Origin: an uncultured bacterium
GTDB lineage: Bacteria; Arandabacterota; Arandabacteria; Arandabacterales; Arandabacteraceae
DNA: 64,000 bases
Assembly (NCBI GenBank): GCA_964598025.1
Contig: CAZRAU010000004.1
Location: 10,006-74,005, forward strand
Direction: 5' to 3'
The notes under the pieces were generated by a model, which did not search any database, was not told the DNA's origin, and worked only from the letters and a program-made list of their open reading frames with translations. Both the position numbers and the translations under genes were made by a program. Position 1 is the stretch's first letter. Each line of letters begins with the position of its first letter. Of the stretch, positions 45,865 through 55,492 are shown one piece after another.

Positions 45865-47852
45865 CGGTTTTCCTCCCCGGCCGGCTCCGGGTCCTTCCCT
45901 GCAGGGATCTTAATGGTGAACTTCGTTCCGACACCGATCTCACTGCCCACCAGGATACTGCCTTTGTGTTCTTCGATGATCCTATAGGCTATGGCCAGCC
46001 CCAGGCCCGTACCGCCCTTTGCGCGCTTCGTTGTGAAGAAGGGGTCGAAGATCTGCCTCAAGGTCTTCTCACTCATGCCGTACCCGTTGTCCTCCACTTC
46101 CACGACCACATGGCCATCCTCGCTCCGAGTTCGGATATAGACGGACCCTTTCTTGTCATCCGGCATGGCCTGCCCCGCATTGACAATGAGGTTTATGAGC
46201 ACTTGCTCGATCTTCTGGGTGTTTCCGACAAAGGTGGGCAGATTCCTGGTAAGATCGAGTTTGATGTCCGCGCGTTTGTGGACTTCATTGTGGACCAGTC
46301 TGGCGCTCGCTTCAACCAGCGTATTGATATCCACCTTGTCGACAAGCAGCCCCTCATCCTTACGGGCAAATGAGCGCAGCCCTTCGACAATCGCCTTTAT
46401 GCGCTCGGACCCATGGGCCATGTCCGAGACCAGGGTCATGATGTGCTTTCTGAAGAAGTCGTAATTGAGTCTGGCGATCATAAGATCGGCATGCCGCCCG
46501 TAATAGTCGTCGATGATGGGCAGCATGTCCTCCAGGGCCTGCTTTACTATCTTTATGTTGCCGCGTATGAACTGGTTCGGATTGTTGATTTCATGGCCTA
46601 TGCCGCTCACCAGCTGGCCCAGGGATGCGAGCTTGTCGGCCTGTTGCAGCTGTTGCTCGTAGGTCTTCTCCAAGGTGACATCCCGGTAGAATTCCAGAAT
46701 GCCGTCAACTTCGTGTTCCTTGTTGTAGACAGGGAGCGCATGCACCTGGAAGTACTTGTCATCTTGCCTCATGGAAAGCGTCAGAGGCGTCTTGTCGCTC
46801 AGGATCCGCGCAAGGCGGCAATCCTCGCAAGGCCTTTCACGCCCGAAGATACTATGATAGCAGTGGCCGCCCGCTTCGATACCCTCTCGGTTGGTCATGA
46901 CGATCCGCCGGTTCTTGTCTATGAGCACAACCTCATCTGGAATCGCCTTGAACATGGTCTCGAGCCGGCCCCTCGCCTCCTCCCAGCTGTCGCTCACCCG
47001 GTCGAGATAGGAATTCACGACACCGAGCTTGTCGCGTTGTTCTTCCAACTCCTTGGTCTTACCTGCTATCTCGCGTTCGAGGTTCTCCAGCCGACGGTTA
47101 AACTCGGCTTCCTCCTCCTGCTTGAGCGCAAGCCTGTCCTTGAACTCCTTCCGCTCCAAGGCGAAACTCAGCGCCCGTCCTATCTCCTTGAGCATCTTCT
47201 GCTCTTCGGGCAGCAGCCCGTGCTCCTCGTTGAGGTATCCGACGCGGATTTCACCCTTCTGTCTGCCTCCGACGACAAGCCCCACGAAGATATAATCTTC
47301 CGATGACGGTTTCTGGCCGTATTCCTTCTCCTCGTAGACCGAGTAGACCACTACCTCCTCGGGATAGAGCATACCCTGGCTGAGATACCTCGGCAGTTCG
47401 GTGAAGAAAGAATCAATGGAGGGCGATACCTCAATCCACTCCATGACTCTGTATAGGCAGGCCAGCTCCTTGATTCGCTCCTCCTTGTCGGACACGGAGC
47501 GTCTGGCCAAACCTTCCAGCTTCTGCCCGAAAAACAGGAAGACTTCGCCGTGCTCCGTCGTCGGGAGGTAGCTGCCCTTAAGTGGAATCGAACGCGAGAC
47601 CTCGCCGCAGGGAGAGAAAACCGTGATAGCCCTGCTCCTGGCCCGGGCCAGTGCCATGGCCGACCGGAAATTCTGTAACGATGTGCCGGTGACCAGGTCT
47701 TTCATCTTCGGCTTGCGGCCCCGCCACCCGCCGGGGAGGCAGTCCTTACCGAAGAGGTCGCTGGCATGGAGCACCCTTTCGGCGCCGTCCAACACCAACA
47801 AGTAGTCGAAACTACCCTCCATGAAGTCATAGAGATCAGAGAGTTTGATCAA
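45861..47852 (-). CDS. Cytoplasmic sensor histidine kinase (coiled coil, PAS-like domain with a Cys cluster, HisKA, HATPase_c)
   Basis: H-box GHEINNP, N-box LINLIVNAGQAMPD, G-boxes DNGYGM and GTGLGL. The PAS-like region has HCYH...RPCEDC. No TM helices. Confidence 0.8.
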   Translation of the reverse strand: MIKLSDLYDFMEGSFDYLLVLDGAERVLHASDLFGKDCLPGGWRGRKPKMKDLVTGTSLQNFRSAMALARARSRAITVFSPCGEVSRSIPLKGSYLPTTEHGEVFLFFGQKLEGLARRSVSDKEERIKELACLYRVMEWIEVSPSIDSFFTELPRYLSQGMLYPEEVVVYSVYEEKEYGQKPSSEDYIFVGLVVGGRQKGEIRVGYLNEEHGLLPEEQKMLKEIGRALSFALERKEFKDRLALKQEEEAEFNRRLENLEREIAGKTKELEEQRDKLGVVNSYLDRVSDSWEEARGRLETMFKAIPDEVVLIDKNRRIVMTNREGIEAGGHCYHSIFGRERPCEDCRLARILSDKTPLTLSMRQDDKYFQVHALPVYNKEHEVDGILEFYRDVTLEKTYEQQLQQADKLASLGQLVSGIGHEINNPNQFIRGNIKIVKQALEDMLPIIDDYYGRHADLMIARLNYDFFRKHIMTLVSDMAHGSERIKAIVEGLRSFARKDEGLLVDKVDINTLVEASARLVHNEVHKRADIKLDLTRNLPTFVGNTQKIEQVLINLIVNAGQAMPDDKKGSVYIRTRSEDGHVVVEVEDNGYGMSEKTLRQIFDPFFTTKRAKGGTGLGLAIAYRIIEEHKGSILVGSEIGVGTKFTIKIPAGKDPEPAGEENR

Positions 47853-48021
47853 ACCTACAGCTCCTCTCGATTGCCGGTCCTGACACTCCGGCCCACTCCA
47901 TCGGTCCCCACAGGAGCGGGGACGCTACGAATCGAGAACTCGGGTTACGCCCTGTAGCATCGGCTCTCCGCAGCCGACGTTGGGAGCGCCGAACACGGAA
48001 GGCCGGCGCCGCAAAGGTCTT

Positions 48022-51000
48022 TCAGGCGCGAACCCTGAATCTCTCGGTTCCCACTTCCCTGATTTCCTTCTTGTATTTCTCCCCGTGGGTCAAGGGGGGT
48101 TGAATAGACACGGCCTTGGCTCTCACCGCAGTAGCAACCAATCGCTCCGGATATGCAGACGTACGGGACTCGCCGGTATTCCAGTAGTAGCAGGAGAGCG
48201 ACCCAAGATTCTTCCCGACGAGGCGTTTCAGATCGGCAGTCAGGTCCGCAGGTGTATCCATGCCGAACTCGCGCGCAAGCCCCTGGAGAACCTCTCTTCC
48301 GGACACGGTCGCGGGCGGCTCCACGGCCCGTGAGAACCCGACAAGCCTTCCCTCGAAGTTGCACCTGGTCCCCTCGGTTTCAAGGTATGTCGATCCGGGC
48401 AGGACAACATCGGCATATTCCGTGGTCTCGGTGTTCGTCCAATCCATCGCGGCCAGGAATTCCACGTTTTCGAACCATGCGCCGGTCCGTCCCCAGGCCA
48501 TAGGGTCTTCTCCGATTACAAGTGCAGCCCTGAGTCCCCCGCTATGCAAAAGGTCCCTCAGCTCCCCGTGACGCGACGCACCGGCAAGCCCCCTCGCGCT
48601 CACAACTCTGCCTGCGGCAAAAGCCGGATCGGCCCCCATTATCTCGAGTGCAGCACTGTTGGCATTGATACGCGGGAGGAGAAGTTCGGCCGTGACCCCC
48701 GTGGCCCGCAGGAGCACAACCAAATTCGCCAGTGTCTCCATGTCATCCGCGGCCCTGTCCTGGGGCCTGTCGGGACTATGGACAATGACCACTCTCCGCG
48801 CTTCCTTTATGAACCCGGCAGTCTTGCGGATGTCCGCAGCTTCGATCCCGGACAGCTCGGCGCCGTCTGCGACACAGAGATTCATGCTGCCGAGGAACTC
48901 ATCCGAACCCGGGATGCCCTCAAGGGCCGCCGATGTGAAATGGCCTTCATCCAGCAGGGCCTTTATCACCGAGTTCCAGAGAATCGCCGCCGTGCCCCGC
49001 ATTGGGTCCATCGCAACAGCCGATATCAGGCGGTCGATCTTCCCAAGGGCGGAGTTCGCGACAATCAGCCGGGCCCCCTCCTTGGTCCGCTGTATGACAT
49101 CGACAGCCAGCACCTGGTGGTCGGCTTCCAGCGAAGTGTTATTGCATATGATCAGATCGGCTTTTGCGATGGAAGACCTGTCGGCAGTGGAGGCAGTGTA
49201 CCCCAGCGATCTGTCAAGCGCTCCTGCTTCCTTGTCCGTCCCGAGAATAGAGAGTGATCCCACATTGCTCGTGCCCAAGCCTTCCCGGGCAATCCTGCCG
49301 GCCAGATAGAGTTCCTCATTGGTGAGATCGGGCGACACGAAGACCGCCACCTTGTCGGGGCCATGCGCTTCGGCGACCCGTCTCATCTCGGATACGATGA
49401 GCTTCTGGGCATCACAAAGATCGGCCTTTTGCCGCTCACTTCCTCGCCGTATCACAGCGTCCCTTATGCGCTGCCGCTTGACGAAGAGCTCGTATCCGAA
49501 CCTTCCGTAGCGGCAGAGGTAGTCCCCCGGGATGCCGGACGGCCCGATGTAGTAGCGTCCTTCACCGAACCTCTTCACCGTGACCGGGCAGGCCAACGAG
49601 CAGAAGCCGCAATGGGAAGCCGCATCATCCGTACGAAGCGGCGCCCGCCCCGGGAAAGGATACTTGACGGTCAGAGCCCCTGTCGGGCAGGAGTCCACGC
49701 AGTTGCCGCAACTGGTACAGCTGGTTTCCACAAGCGGATCATTGAGGGCCGGTCTCATTTCGGTCCTGAAACCTCTACCTATGAGCCCAAGGGCCGGAAT
49801 CGCCAGCTGCCTCGCACATGTCCTTATGCACCTGGTACAGAGGATGCACTTGTTGGGATCATAGATTATATACGGGTGACGATCGTCCACCTTGTGCTTG
49901 CGGACATATCCTTTGTAGCGTTCCATGTCGACGCCGTATTCCTCGGCGTAGAGCCGGAGTTCGCAATCATCGAATCTCAAGCACCCGCATGAGAGACACC
50001 GGTCGCACTCGTGTGCATTGTCTTCGAAGTCAAGCCCGGTCGCCACCTCCCGGAAACTCCCCCTTCGCTCTTCCACATCGATCATGTTGACTTCGTGGCG
50101 AGGGCTTTCCTGTACGTGCCCGAGGTCCGCCCTGCCCGGTTTGCCCCAGAAGTCCTTCCGCACCACGAAGGCCTTGATCGCCAGTTCTTCCCCCGTGATT
50201 CGGGAATGTATGGCACGCGCGGCCCGCCGGCCGTCTCTTATGGCATCTATGGCCACCGTGGGGCCGTCGTTGACGGCATCGCCGCCGGCAAAGAGGCCGT
50301 CTACGTTGGTTCTCATGGTCTCTTCATCGACTGTGAAGGTACTCCACTTCGTGCGGCCGACGTCCTCACCGCCCGCCGAGGTAAGCCCCTTGAGCACCGG
50401 GTTCTGCCCGATCGCGGCGACCGCAAGGTCACAGGGAAGATCGTATTCGGATCCCTCCATCGGTATGGGCCGACGGCGTCCGGATTCGTCCGGCTCGCCC
50501 AGTTTCATCCGTATGCACCGAAGCGCCTTGAGTCTCCCCTTGTCGGCGACTATCCCCACAGGAGCGACCAGCTCGGTGATCTCAATCCCCTCGTCAAGAC
50601 AGTCTTCGATCTCCATCTCGTCGGCGGGCATCTCGGCCTTGGTTCGCCGGTAGAGTACTATCACTTTGTCGGCCCCGAGCCGCCAGGATGTGCGGGCAAC
50701 GTCCATGGCGGTGTTGCCCCCACCTACGACCACAACCGTACCCGACACAGGCTCCGGATTGTCCACTTTCTCACGCAGAAAATCCACGCCGGATACCACG
50801 CCTTCGGTCTCGAATTCACCCTCGACCCGCATCGGCTTCCCCGCCCATGCTCCCGTGGCGATAAAGACCGCATCATGTCGCTTGAGGAGATCGTCGAGAG
50901 TAACATCTTCCCCAACTCTGACGTTGTACTTGATCTCGGCGCCGGTCCTGCAGATGAAATCCACCTCGGCGTCTATCACATCATCCGGAAGCCTGTAGGT

Positions 51001-51723
51001 CGGAATACCATAACGGAGCATCCCACCGGACCTCTCCTGGGCCTCGTAGAGAACCACCTTGTGGCCCTTCAGTCCCAGGAACCAGGCCGCCGTGAGTCCG
51101 GCCGGGCCGGCCCCGGCTATTCCCACCGTCTTGCCCGACGGCGGATCGCACTCCGGCGCTCCGTCGTAGGTTCCAGGCGCATCGGTGACGAAGCGCTTGA
51201 CCGCATTGATGCCGACCGGCTTATCCACCTCGCCCCGCCTGCACACCACCTCGCACTTGCGAACACAAACCCTTCCGCATATGGCCGGCAGGGGATTGGT
51301 CTCCCTTATGAGATCGACCGCTTTCCTGTACTGCCCCATGGCCGAGAGAGCGACATAGCCCTGCGCATCGACGCCGGCAGGGCAACCCTCACGGCAGGGA
51401 GCGACGCAGTCCGCATAGTGGTTGGACAGCAGGAGCTCCAGCGCCGTCTTACGGGCGGCAATGACACGGGCATTCCGGGTCTCCACTTCCATGCCTGGAG
51501 CGATCCTGGTCGCGCAAGCCGGGACAAGATTCCAACGACCCTTGACTTCCACCACACAAAGGAAACACGAACCGTAGGGCTCTAGATCCGGGGAATAACA
51601 GAGCGTGGGTATGTGGTCGAGATCACGCTCTCTCACCACTTCAAGGATGGTCTTTCCCGGGTCGGCTTCAATCTCTTTGCCGTTGATCGTGATCTTGATC
51701 TTATCTGTGGTTTCGCTTTTCAT
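48022..51723 (-). CDS. NuoG/HydA-like large subunit with an inserted GltD-like FAD/NAD(P)H domain and a molybdopterin-oxidoreductase-fold C-terminus (StnA / NfnA-like subunit of a Bfu-family bifurcating enzyme)
   Basis: N-terminal 2Fe-2S domain (KITINGKEIEADPGKTILEV, CxxC...C). GltD-like dinucleotide fold GIAGAGPAGLTAAWFL...YEAQERSGGMLRYGIP. 4Fe-4S CxxCxxC motifs. The C-terminus has a NuoG-like DVVLPGSTYLETEGTRCNFEGR. The start overlaps the NuoF-like gene (ATGA). Confidence 0.6.
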   Translation of the reverse strand: MKSETTDKIKITINGKEIEADPGKTILEVVRERDLDHIPTLCYSPDLEPYGSCFLCVVEVKGRWNLVPACATRIAPGMEVETRNARVIAARKTALELLLSNHYADCVAPCREGCPAGVDAQGYVALSAMGQYRKAVDLIRETNPLPAICGRVCVRKCEVVCRRGEVDKPVGINAVKRFVTDAPGTYDGAPECDPPSGKTVGIAGAGPAGLTAAWFLGLKGHKVVLYEAQERSGGMLRYGIPTYRLPDDVIDAEVDFICRTGAEIKYNVRVGEDVTLDDLLKRHDAVFIATGAWAGKPMRVEGEFETEGVVSGVDFLREKVDNPEPVSGTVVVVGGGNTAMDVARTSWRLGADKVIVLYRRTKAEMPADEMEIEDCLDEGIEITELVAPVGIVADKGRLKALRCIRMKLGEPDESGRRRPIPMEGSEYDLPCDLAVAAIGQNPVLKGLTSAGGEDVGRTKWSTFTVDEETMRTNVDGLFAGGDAVNDGPTVAIDAIRDGRRAARAIHSRITGEELAIKAFVVRKDFWGKPGRADLGHVQESPRHEVNMIDVEERRGSFREVATGLDFEDNAHECDRCLSCGCLRFDDCELRLYAEEYGVDMERYKGYVRKHKVDDRHPYIIYDPNKCILCTRCIRTCARQLAIPALGLIGRGFRTEMRPALNDPLVETSCTSCGNCVDSCPTGALTVKYPFPGRAPLRTDDAASHCGFCSLACPVTVKRFGEGRYYIGPSGIPGDYLCRYGRFGYELFVKRQRIRDAVIRRGSERQKADLCDAQKLIVSEMRRVAEAHGPDKVAVFVSPDLTNEELYLAGRIAREGLGTSNVGSLSILGTDKEAGALDRSLGYTASTADRSSIAKADLIICNNTSLEADHQVLAVDVIQRTKEGARLIVANSALGKIDRLISAVAMDPMRGTAAILWNSVIKALLDEGHFTSAALEGIPGSDEFLGSMNLCVADGAELSGIEAADIRKTAGFIKEARRVVIVHSPDRPQDRAADDMETLANLVVLLRATGVTAELLLPRINANSAALEIMGADPAFAAGRVVSARGLAGASRHGELRDLLHSGGLRAALVIGEDPMAWGRTGAWFENVEFLAAMDWTNTETTEYADVVLPGSTYLETEGTRCNFEGRLVGFSRAVEPPATVSGREVLQGLAREFGMDTPADLTADLKRLVGKNLGSLSCYYWNTGESRTSAYPERLVATAVRAKAVSIQPPLTHGEKYKKEIREVGTERFRVRA

Positions 51724-53498
51724 TTGGTATAGATCGCCTCGAATCTGCAGCTTGCGATGCACTGGCCGCACCTAACACACTTCTCGTTGTCGATGACGTG
51801 CACCTGCTTGGGTTCGCCTGTTATCGCCTCTACCGAACACTTCTTGGCACAGAGCGTACAGCCCGTGCATTTCGCCGGATCGATATGAAAGTCCACCAGT
51901 GCGGTGCACGCCCCGGCCGGACAGCGCTTGTCGTTTATGTGTGCGTCGTACTCGTCGCGATAGTACTTGATCGTGGTGATAGCCGGGTTCGGCGCGCTCT
52001 GGCCCAGACCGCAGAGGCTCGCTTCCCGGATCCGGTTTCCCAGTTCCGTGATCTTCTCGGTATCCCCCGGCTCTCCCTCCCCCTTGGTTATCCTGGTAAG
52101 CATCTCCAGCATCCGGCGCGTGCCTACCCGGCAGAAGGTGCACTTGCCGCAGGACTCGTTCTGGGTGAAATCCAGAAAGAACCTGGCGATCTCCACCATG
52201 CAGGCGGTATCGTCCAGCACCACAAGGCCTCCCGATCCCATGATCGCCCCTGTCGCCGGAATCGACTCGAAATCGACGGGCGTATGGTCCAGGGCGGCGG
52301 GGATACAGCCGCCGGAGGGCCCCCCCATCTGGACGGCTTTGAACTCCCTGCCGTCCTTGATGCCCCCACCGATTTCAAACACCAGATCGTGGATGGTCGT
52401 GCCCATAGGCACCTCCGCCAGGCCGCCGCGCAGCACCTTACCGGCGAGCGCGAAGACCTTGGTCCCCTTGCTCTTCTCCGTCCCGTAAGCGGCAAACGCC
52501 TCAGCGCCGTTGGATATGATCCAGGGGACGTTGGCATAGGTTTCCACATTGTTATTGTTGGTGGGCTTGGCCCATAGTCCCTTCTCCGCAGGGAAGGGGG
52601 GTCTTATCCGCGGCATGCCGCGCTGTCCTTCGATAGAGGCAAATAGCGCCGTTTCCTCACCGCAGACAAAGGCGCCGGCGCCTTGCTTTATCTTTACATC
52701 GAAGTCGAAACCCGAACCCAGAATGTCCCGGCCCAGATAGCCCTTCTGTCTCGCCGCCTCAATGGCAAGCATGAGCCGCCGTATGGCCAGAGGGTATTCT
52801 GCGCGGCAATAGATGTAACCCGCGGCAGCCCCTATGGCCCTCGCGCAGATGATCATGCCTTCAAGGACGGCATGGGGATCGCCCTCCAGTACCGAGCGGT
52901 CCATAAAGGCACCCGGATCGCCCTCGTCGGCGTTACATACGACGTACTTGACGTCGCTGGCTTGCCCGGCGGCGAAAGACCATTTGAGCCCGGTCGGAAA
53001 ACCGGCTCCTCCCCTGCCCCTGAGCCCCGAGTCCTTGACCACCTGGATAATGGCTTCCGGGGTCATTCCGGCCAGCGCCTTGCGAAGGGCCTCGTAACCT
53101 CCGGCAGCCTCGTATTCCTCCAGTGATTCCGGATCTATGGAGCCGCAGTTTCTAAGAACGATGCGCTTCTGGAGCGTGAGATACCGGGCCTCACTCCCGC
53201 CGGAGGCACCGTCCTCATCAAGCCTGTAAACCACATGATCGTCAAGTACCTTGCCGCCGGCTACATGCCGCTCGAATATCTCTTCGGCGAGCTCCGGCGT
53301 CACCTCACCGTAGATGGTGCGGGTTCCATTGTCCCTCACCTCGACCAGAGGCTCCCTGTAGCACATGCCGATACAACCGGTACGGCTGAGCCGGAAACTC
53401 TCCGGGTGCTCGGCGAGGATTTCGCTCAACCTGTCGTAAGCAGCCTGCGCTCCTGCCGAAAGACCGCACGTGCCCATTCCAACGATTACTTTCTTCAT
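51720..53498 (-). CDS. NuoF/HydB-like NADH-binding flavoprotein subunit (N-terminal thioredoxin-like 2Fe-2S, FMN/NADH site, C-terminal 2x[4Fe-4S])
   Basis: MKKVIVGMGTCGLSAG, GRGGAGFPTGLKW, a NuoF-type 4Fe-4S motif region, and a C-terminal ferredoxin with CTGCTLCAKKC and CVRCGQCIASC. Confidence 0.8.
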   Translation of the reverse strand: MKKVIVGMGTCGLSAGAQAAYDRLSEILAEHPESFRLSRTGCIGMCYREPLVEVRDNGTRTIYGEVTPELAEEIFERHVAGGKVLDDHVVYRLDEDGASGGSEARYLTLQKRIVLRNCGSIDPESLEEYEAAGGYEALRKALAGMTPEAIIQVVKDSGLRGRGGAGFPTGLKWSFAAGQASDVKYVVCNADEGDPGAFMDRSVLEGDPHAVLEGMIICARAIGAAAGYIYCRAEYPLAIRRLMLAIEAARQKGYLGRDILGSGFDFDVKIKQGAGAFVCGEETALFASIEGQRGMPRIRPPFPAEKGLWAKPTNNNNVETYANVPWIISNGAEAFAAYGTEKSKGTKVFALAGKVLRGGLAEVPMGTTIHDLVFEIGGGIKDGREFKAVQMGGPSGGCIPAALDHTPVDFESIPATGAIMGSGGLVVLDDTACMVEIARFFLDFTQNESCGKCTFCRVGTRRMLEMLTRITKGEGEPGDTEKITELGNRIREASLCGLGQSAPNPAITTIKYYRDEYDAHINDKRCPAGACTALVDFHIDPAKCTGCTLCAKKCSVEAITGEPKQVHVIDNEKCVRCGQCIASCRFEAIYTK

Positions 53499-53581
53499 AC
53501 TCCGCTTTCCAGGTCTCGCATTCACTCAGTCACGACCCGATCTCAAACCACTGCATCCCGGATGCGGCCCGCCCATGTCGG

Positions 53582-54100
53582 TCACCCCCCATCCAAGCAT
53601 GCGCCCTTGGCTTCCTTGTGCCGGGCCGTTTGCTCCTGCCGCCTGTAACCCTTGAGCACCTTACGTACCGAAGCAGGCGTGAGGCGGCCATGGGTCTCGT
53701 CATCCACCATCATGACCGGCGCAAGCGAGCAACATCCCAGACATGCCACCGTGTTCAGGGTGAAAAGACCGTCTTCGGTCGTGTCGCCGACCTCTATGCC
53801 CAACTCATCCTGAATAGCCTCGGTGATCCTCTTGGCCCCGGAGACGTGGCAGGCGGTACCTTCACAGACCCGGACCAGATGCTTGCCCATCGGCTGCAAT
53901 CTGAACTGGCTGTAAAAGGTTATCACGCCGAAAACATCGGATTCAGGTATTCCGGTCACGCTGGAGATGTAGCTGATGGCCCTTCTGGGGATGTAACCGA
54001 AGTGATCCTGTGCCGATTGGAGCAAGGGGATCAGCTCCCCCGGAGCCCCATCGTAGCGCCACAGTCTGTAGGTGAACTTATCTTCCTGTCTTGCCGCCAT
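53582..54100 (-). CDS. NuoE/HydC-like 2Fe-2S subunit
   Basis: VCEGTACHVSG and VACLGCCSLAP cysteine motifs. 172 aa. Confidence 0.8.
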   Translation of the reverse strand: MAARQEDKFTYRLWRYDGAPGELIPLLQSAQDHFGYIPRRAISYISSVTGIPESDVFGVITFYSQFRLQPMGKHLVRVCEGTACHVSGAKRITEAIQDELGIEVGDTTEDGLFTLNTVACLGCCSLAPVMMVDDETHGRLTPASVRKVLKGYRRQEQTARHKEAKGACLDGG

Positions 54101-54204
54101 TTTCCCTCTCGGCGATATCCGGTTTCCGCGCCCCCTTCATAATTCCGGCTGCGCCGGGCCGTCCCGCCACGCAGCCTTTCGAGGGCCGTCTGTATGAAGC
54201 AACC

Positions 54205-55197
54205 TCAATCCTCAACCAGTTTGATGATCGTGGCCTCACGTACCCTGCGCACGCCGTCGATCTCGTTGAGTTTTTCAAGGATGGTCGATTTGCGCCCGAC
54301 GCCTTCACTGGTAATCATGCCCACCAGTTTCTTGCCCTCTTCGATAACGTCGCAGAATATGACATCGTTTATGAAGAAGACGGTTGTAAATATCTGCTGA
54401 ATGGCGTTGGGATCGATGTCGACAATGATATAGCTCATCGTACCCGGCTGCATTGCCGACTTGACCTGGGCCGGCTGCTTCATGGCTTGCGCGTATATCT
54501 TCACGAACTCGTCCACGTCGCGGTCGAGCTTCGGCCGCTCGACGGGCGACATCGAAGCGATCTCGACGCCCTCCATCTTGCGGATCTTTTCGAAAACAGT
54601 CTTGACCTCCTCTTCTGAGGAGCCCTGGGCCAGGACGATGATGTCGAAATCCCCCCTCACCGCTTCGCACTTCTGAACGCCTTCCATCTTGTGGAGTTCG
54701 TTGAAGATCTCCATGCTCCTGGCCGGATCGGTGATTCTGATGGTCAGGTAGGCACTGACCGATTCTCTCAACCCGGTATCCGCAGCCTCATCTTCCGCCG
54801 CCACCAACTCCTTTGTAGAGCCGGGGGAAAGCTCTTCCAGCGCCTCCACGAGGTCAGGAATCTCGAACGGCTTGTCTAGATACCCCGTGTTGTGCTCGGA
54901 CAACGCCGTCATCTTCAGCGATTCGTCGCCGAAGCCCGTGATCACAAGCACCGGCAGGTCCGGATACTGGACCTTGATCACTTTGAGTATCTTCAAACCG
55001 TCTATGTCCGGCATGAAGATGTCTGTAACCAGGTAATCATAGGTAATGCCCTTGCCGCGGGCCTGGTTCAGTTCGTGAATCGCTGAAATGCCGTCGGGAC
55101 AGGCCACCGCTGTGTAGCCCTCTTGCGTGAGTCCAACCGTGAGATTCCGCCGAATCTCAGCCTCATCGTCGATAATAAGAACGCGGCCTTTCAACAC
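54205..55197 (-). CDS. Atypical response regulator: REC + two tandem Lrp/AsnC-type (RAM/ACT-like) ligand-binding domains, with no DNA-binding domain
   Basis: REC domain (LIIDDE, YLVTDIFMPD, VITGFGD, LDKPF). Two repeats of about 75 aa fit the AsnC_trans_reg pattern (YLTIRITDP...VRGDFDIIVLAQG...GVEIAS and YIIVDIDPN...FCDVIEEG...GVRRV). Confidence 0.55.
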   Translation of the reverse strand: MLKGRVLIIDDEAEIRRNLTVGLTQEGYTAVACPDGISAIHELNQARGKGITYDYLVTDIFMPDIDGLKILKVIKVQYPDLPVLVITGFGDESLKMTALSEHNTGYLDKPFEIPDLVEALEELSPGSTKELVAAEDEAADTGLRESVSAYLTIRITDPARSMEIFNELHKMEGVQKCEAVRGDFDIIVLAQGSSEEEVKTVFEKIRKMEGVEIASMSPVERPKLDRDVDEFVKIYAQAMKQPAQVKSAMQPGTMSYIIVDIDPNAIQQIFTTVFFINDVIFCDVIEEGKKLVGMITSEGVGRKSTILEKLNEIDGVRRVREATIIKLVED

Positions 55198-55492
55198 AGA
55201 CCTCCTATTGAACTGAAGACCATAAGATACGGGGCAAGCAACCGCCTTACCCCGTCTTGAGGTTATCTATACACCTCTAGCATAATCTCCCATAGAACGA
55301 TAGCCCCCAGCCCCCCACTTGTCAAACGATTTCCAGGCGCGTATTACCCATCCCAGGGCCCTCCGGGGCGGCCTGACCGGCAGATATCTTTTCGATACCC
55401 GGCTTGTGAAAAGACTTGTCTTTAGGGCGCAGGCCTGGTAGGAAGTACAGTGATCCTTGCCGGATTTACGGCATAGCGGAAAGTGACGCCAT

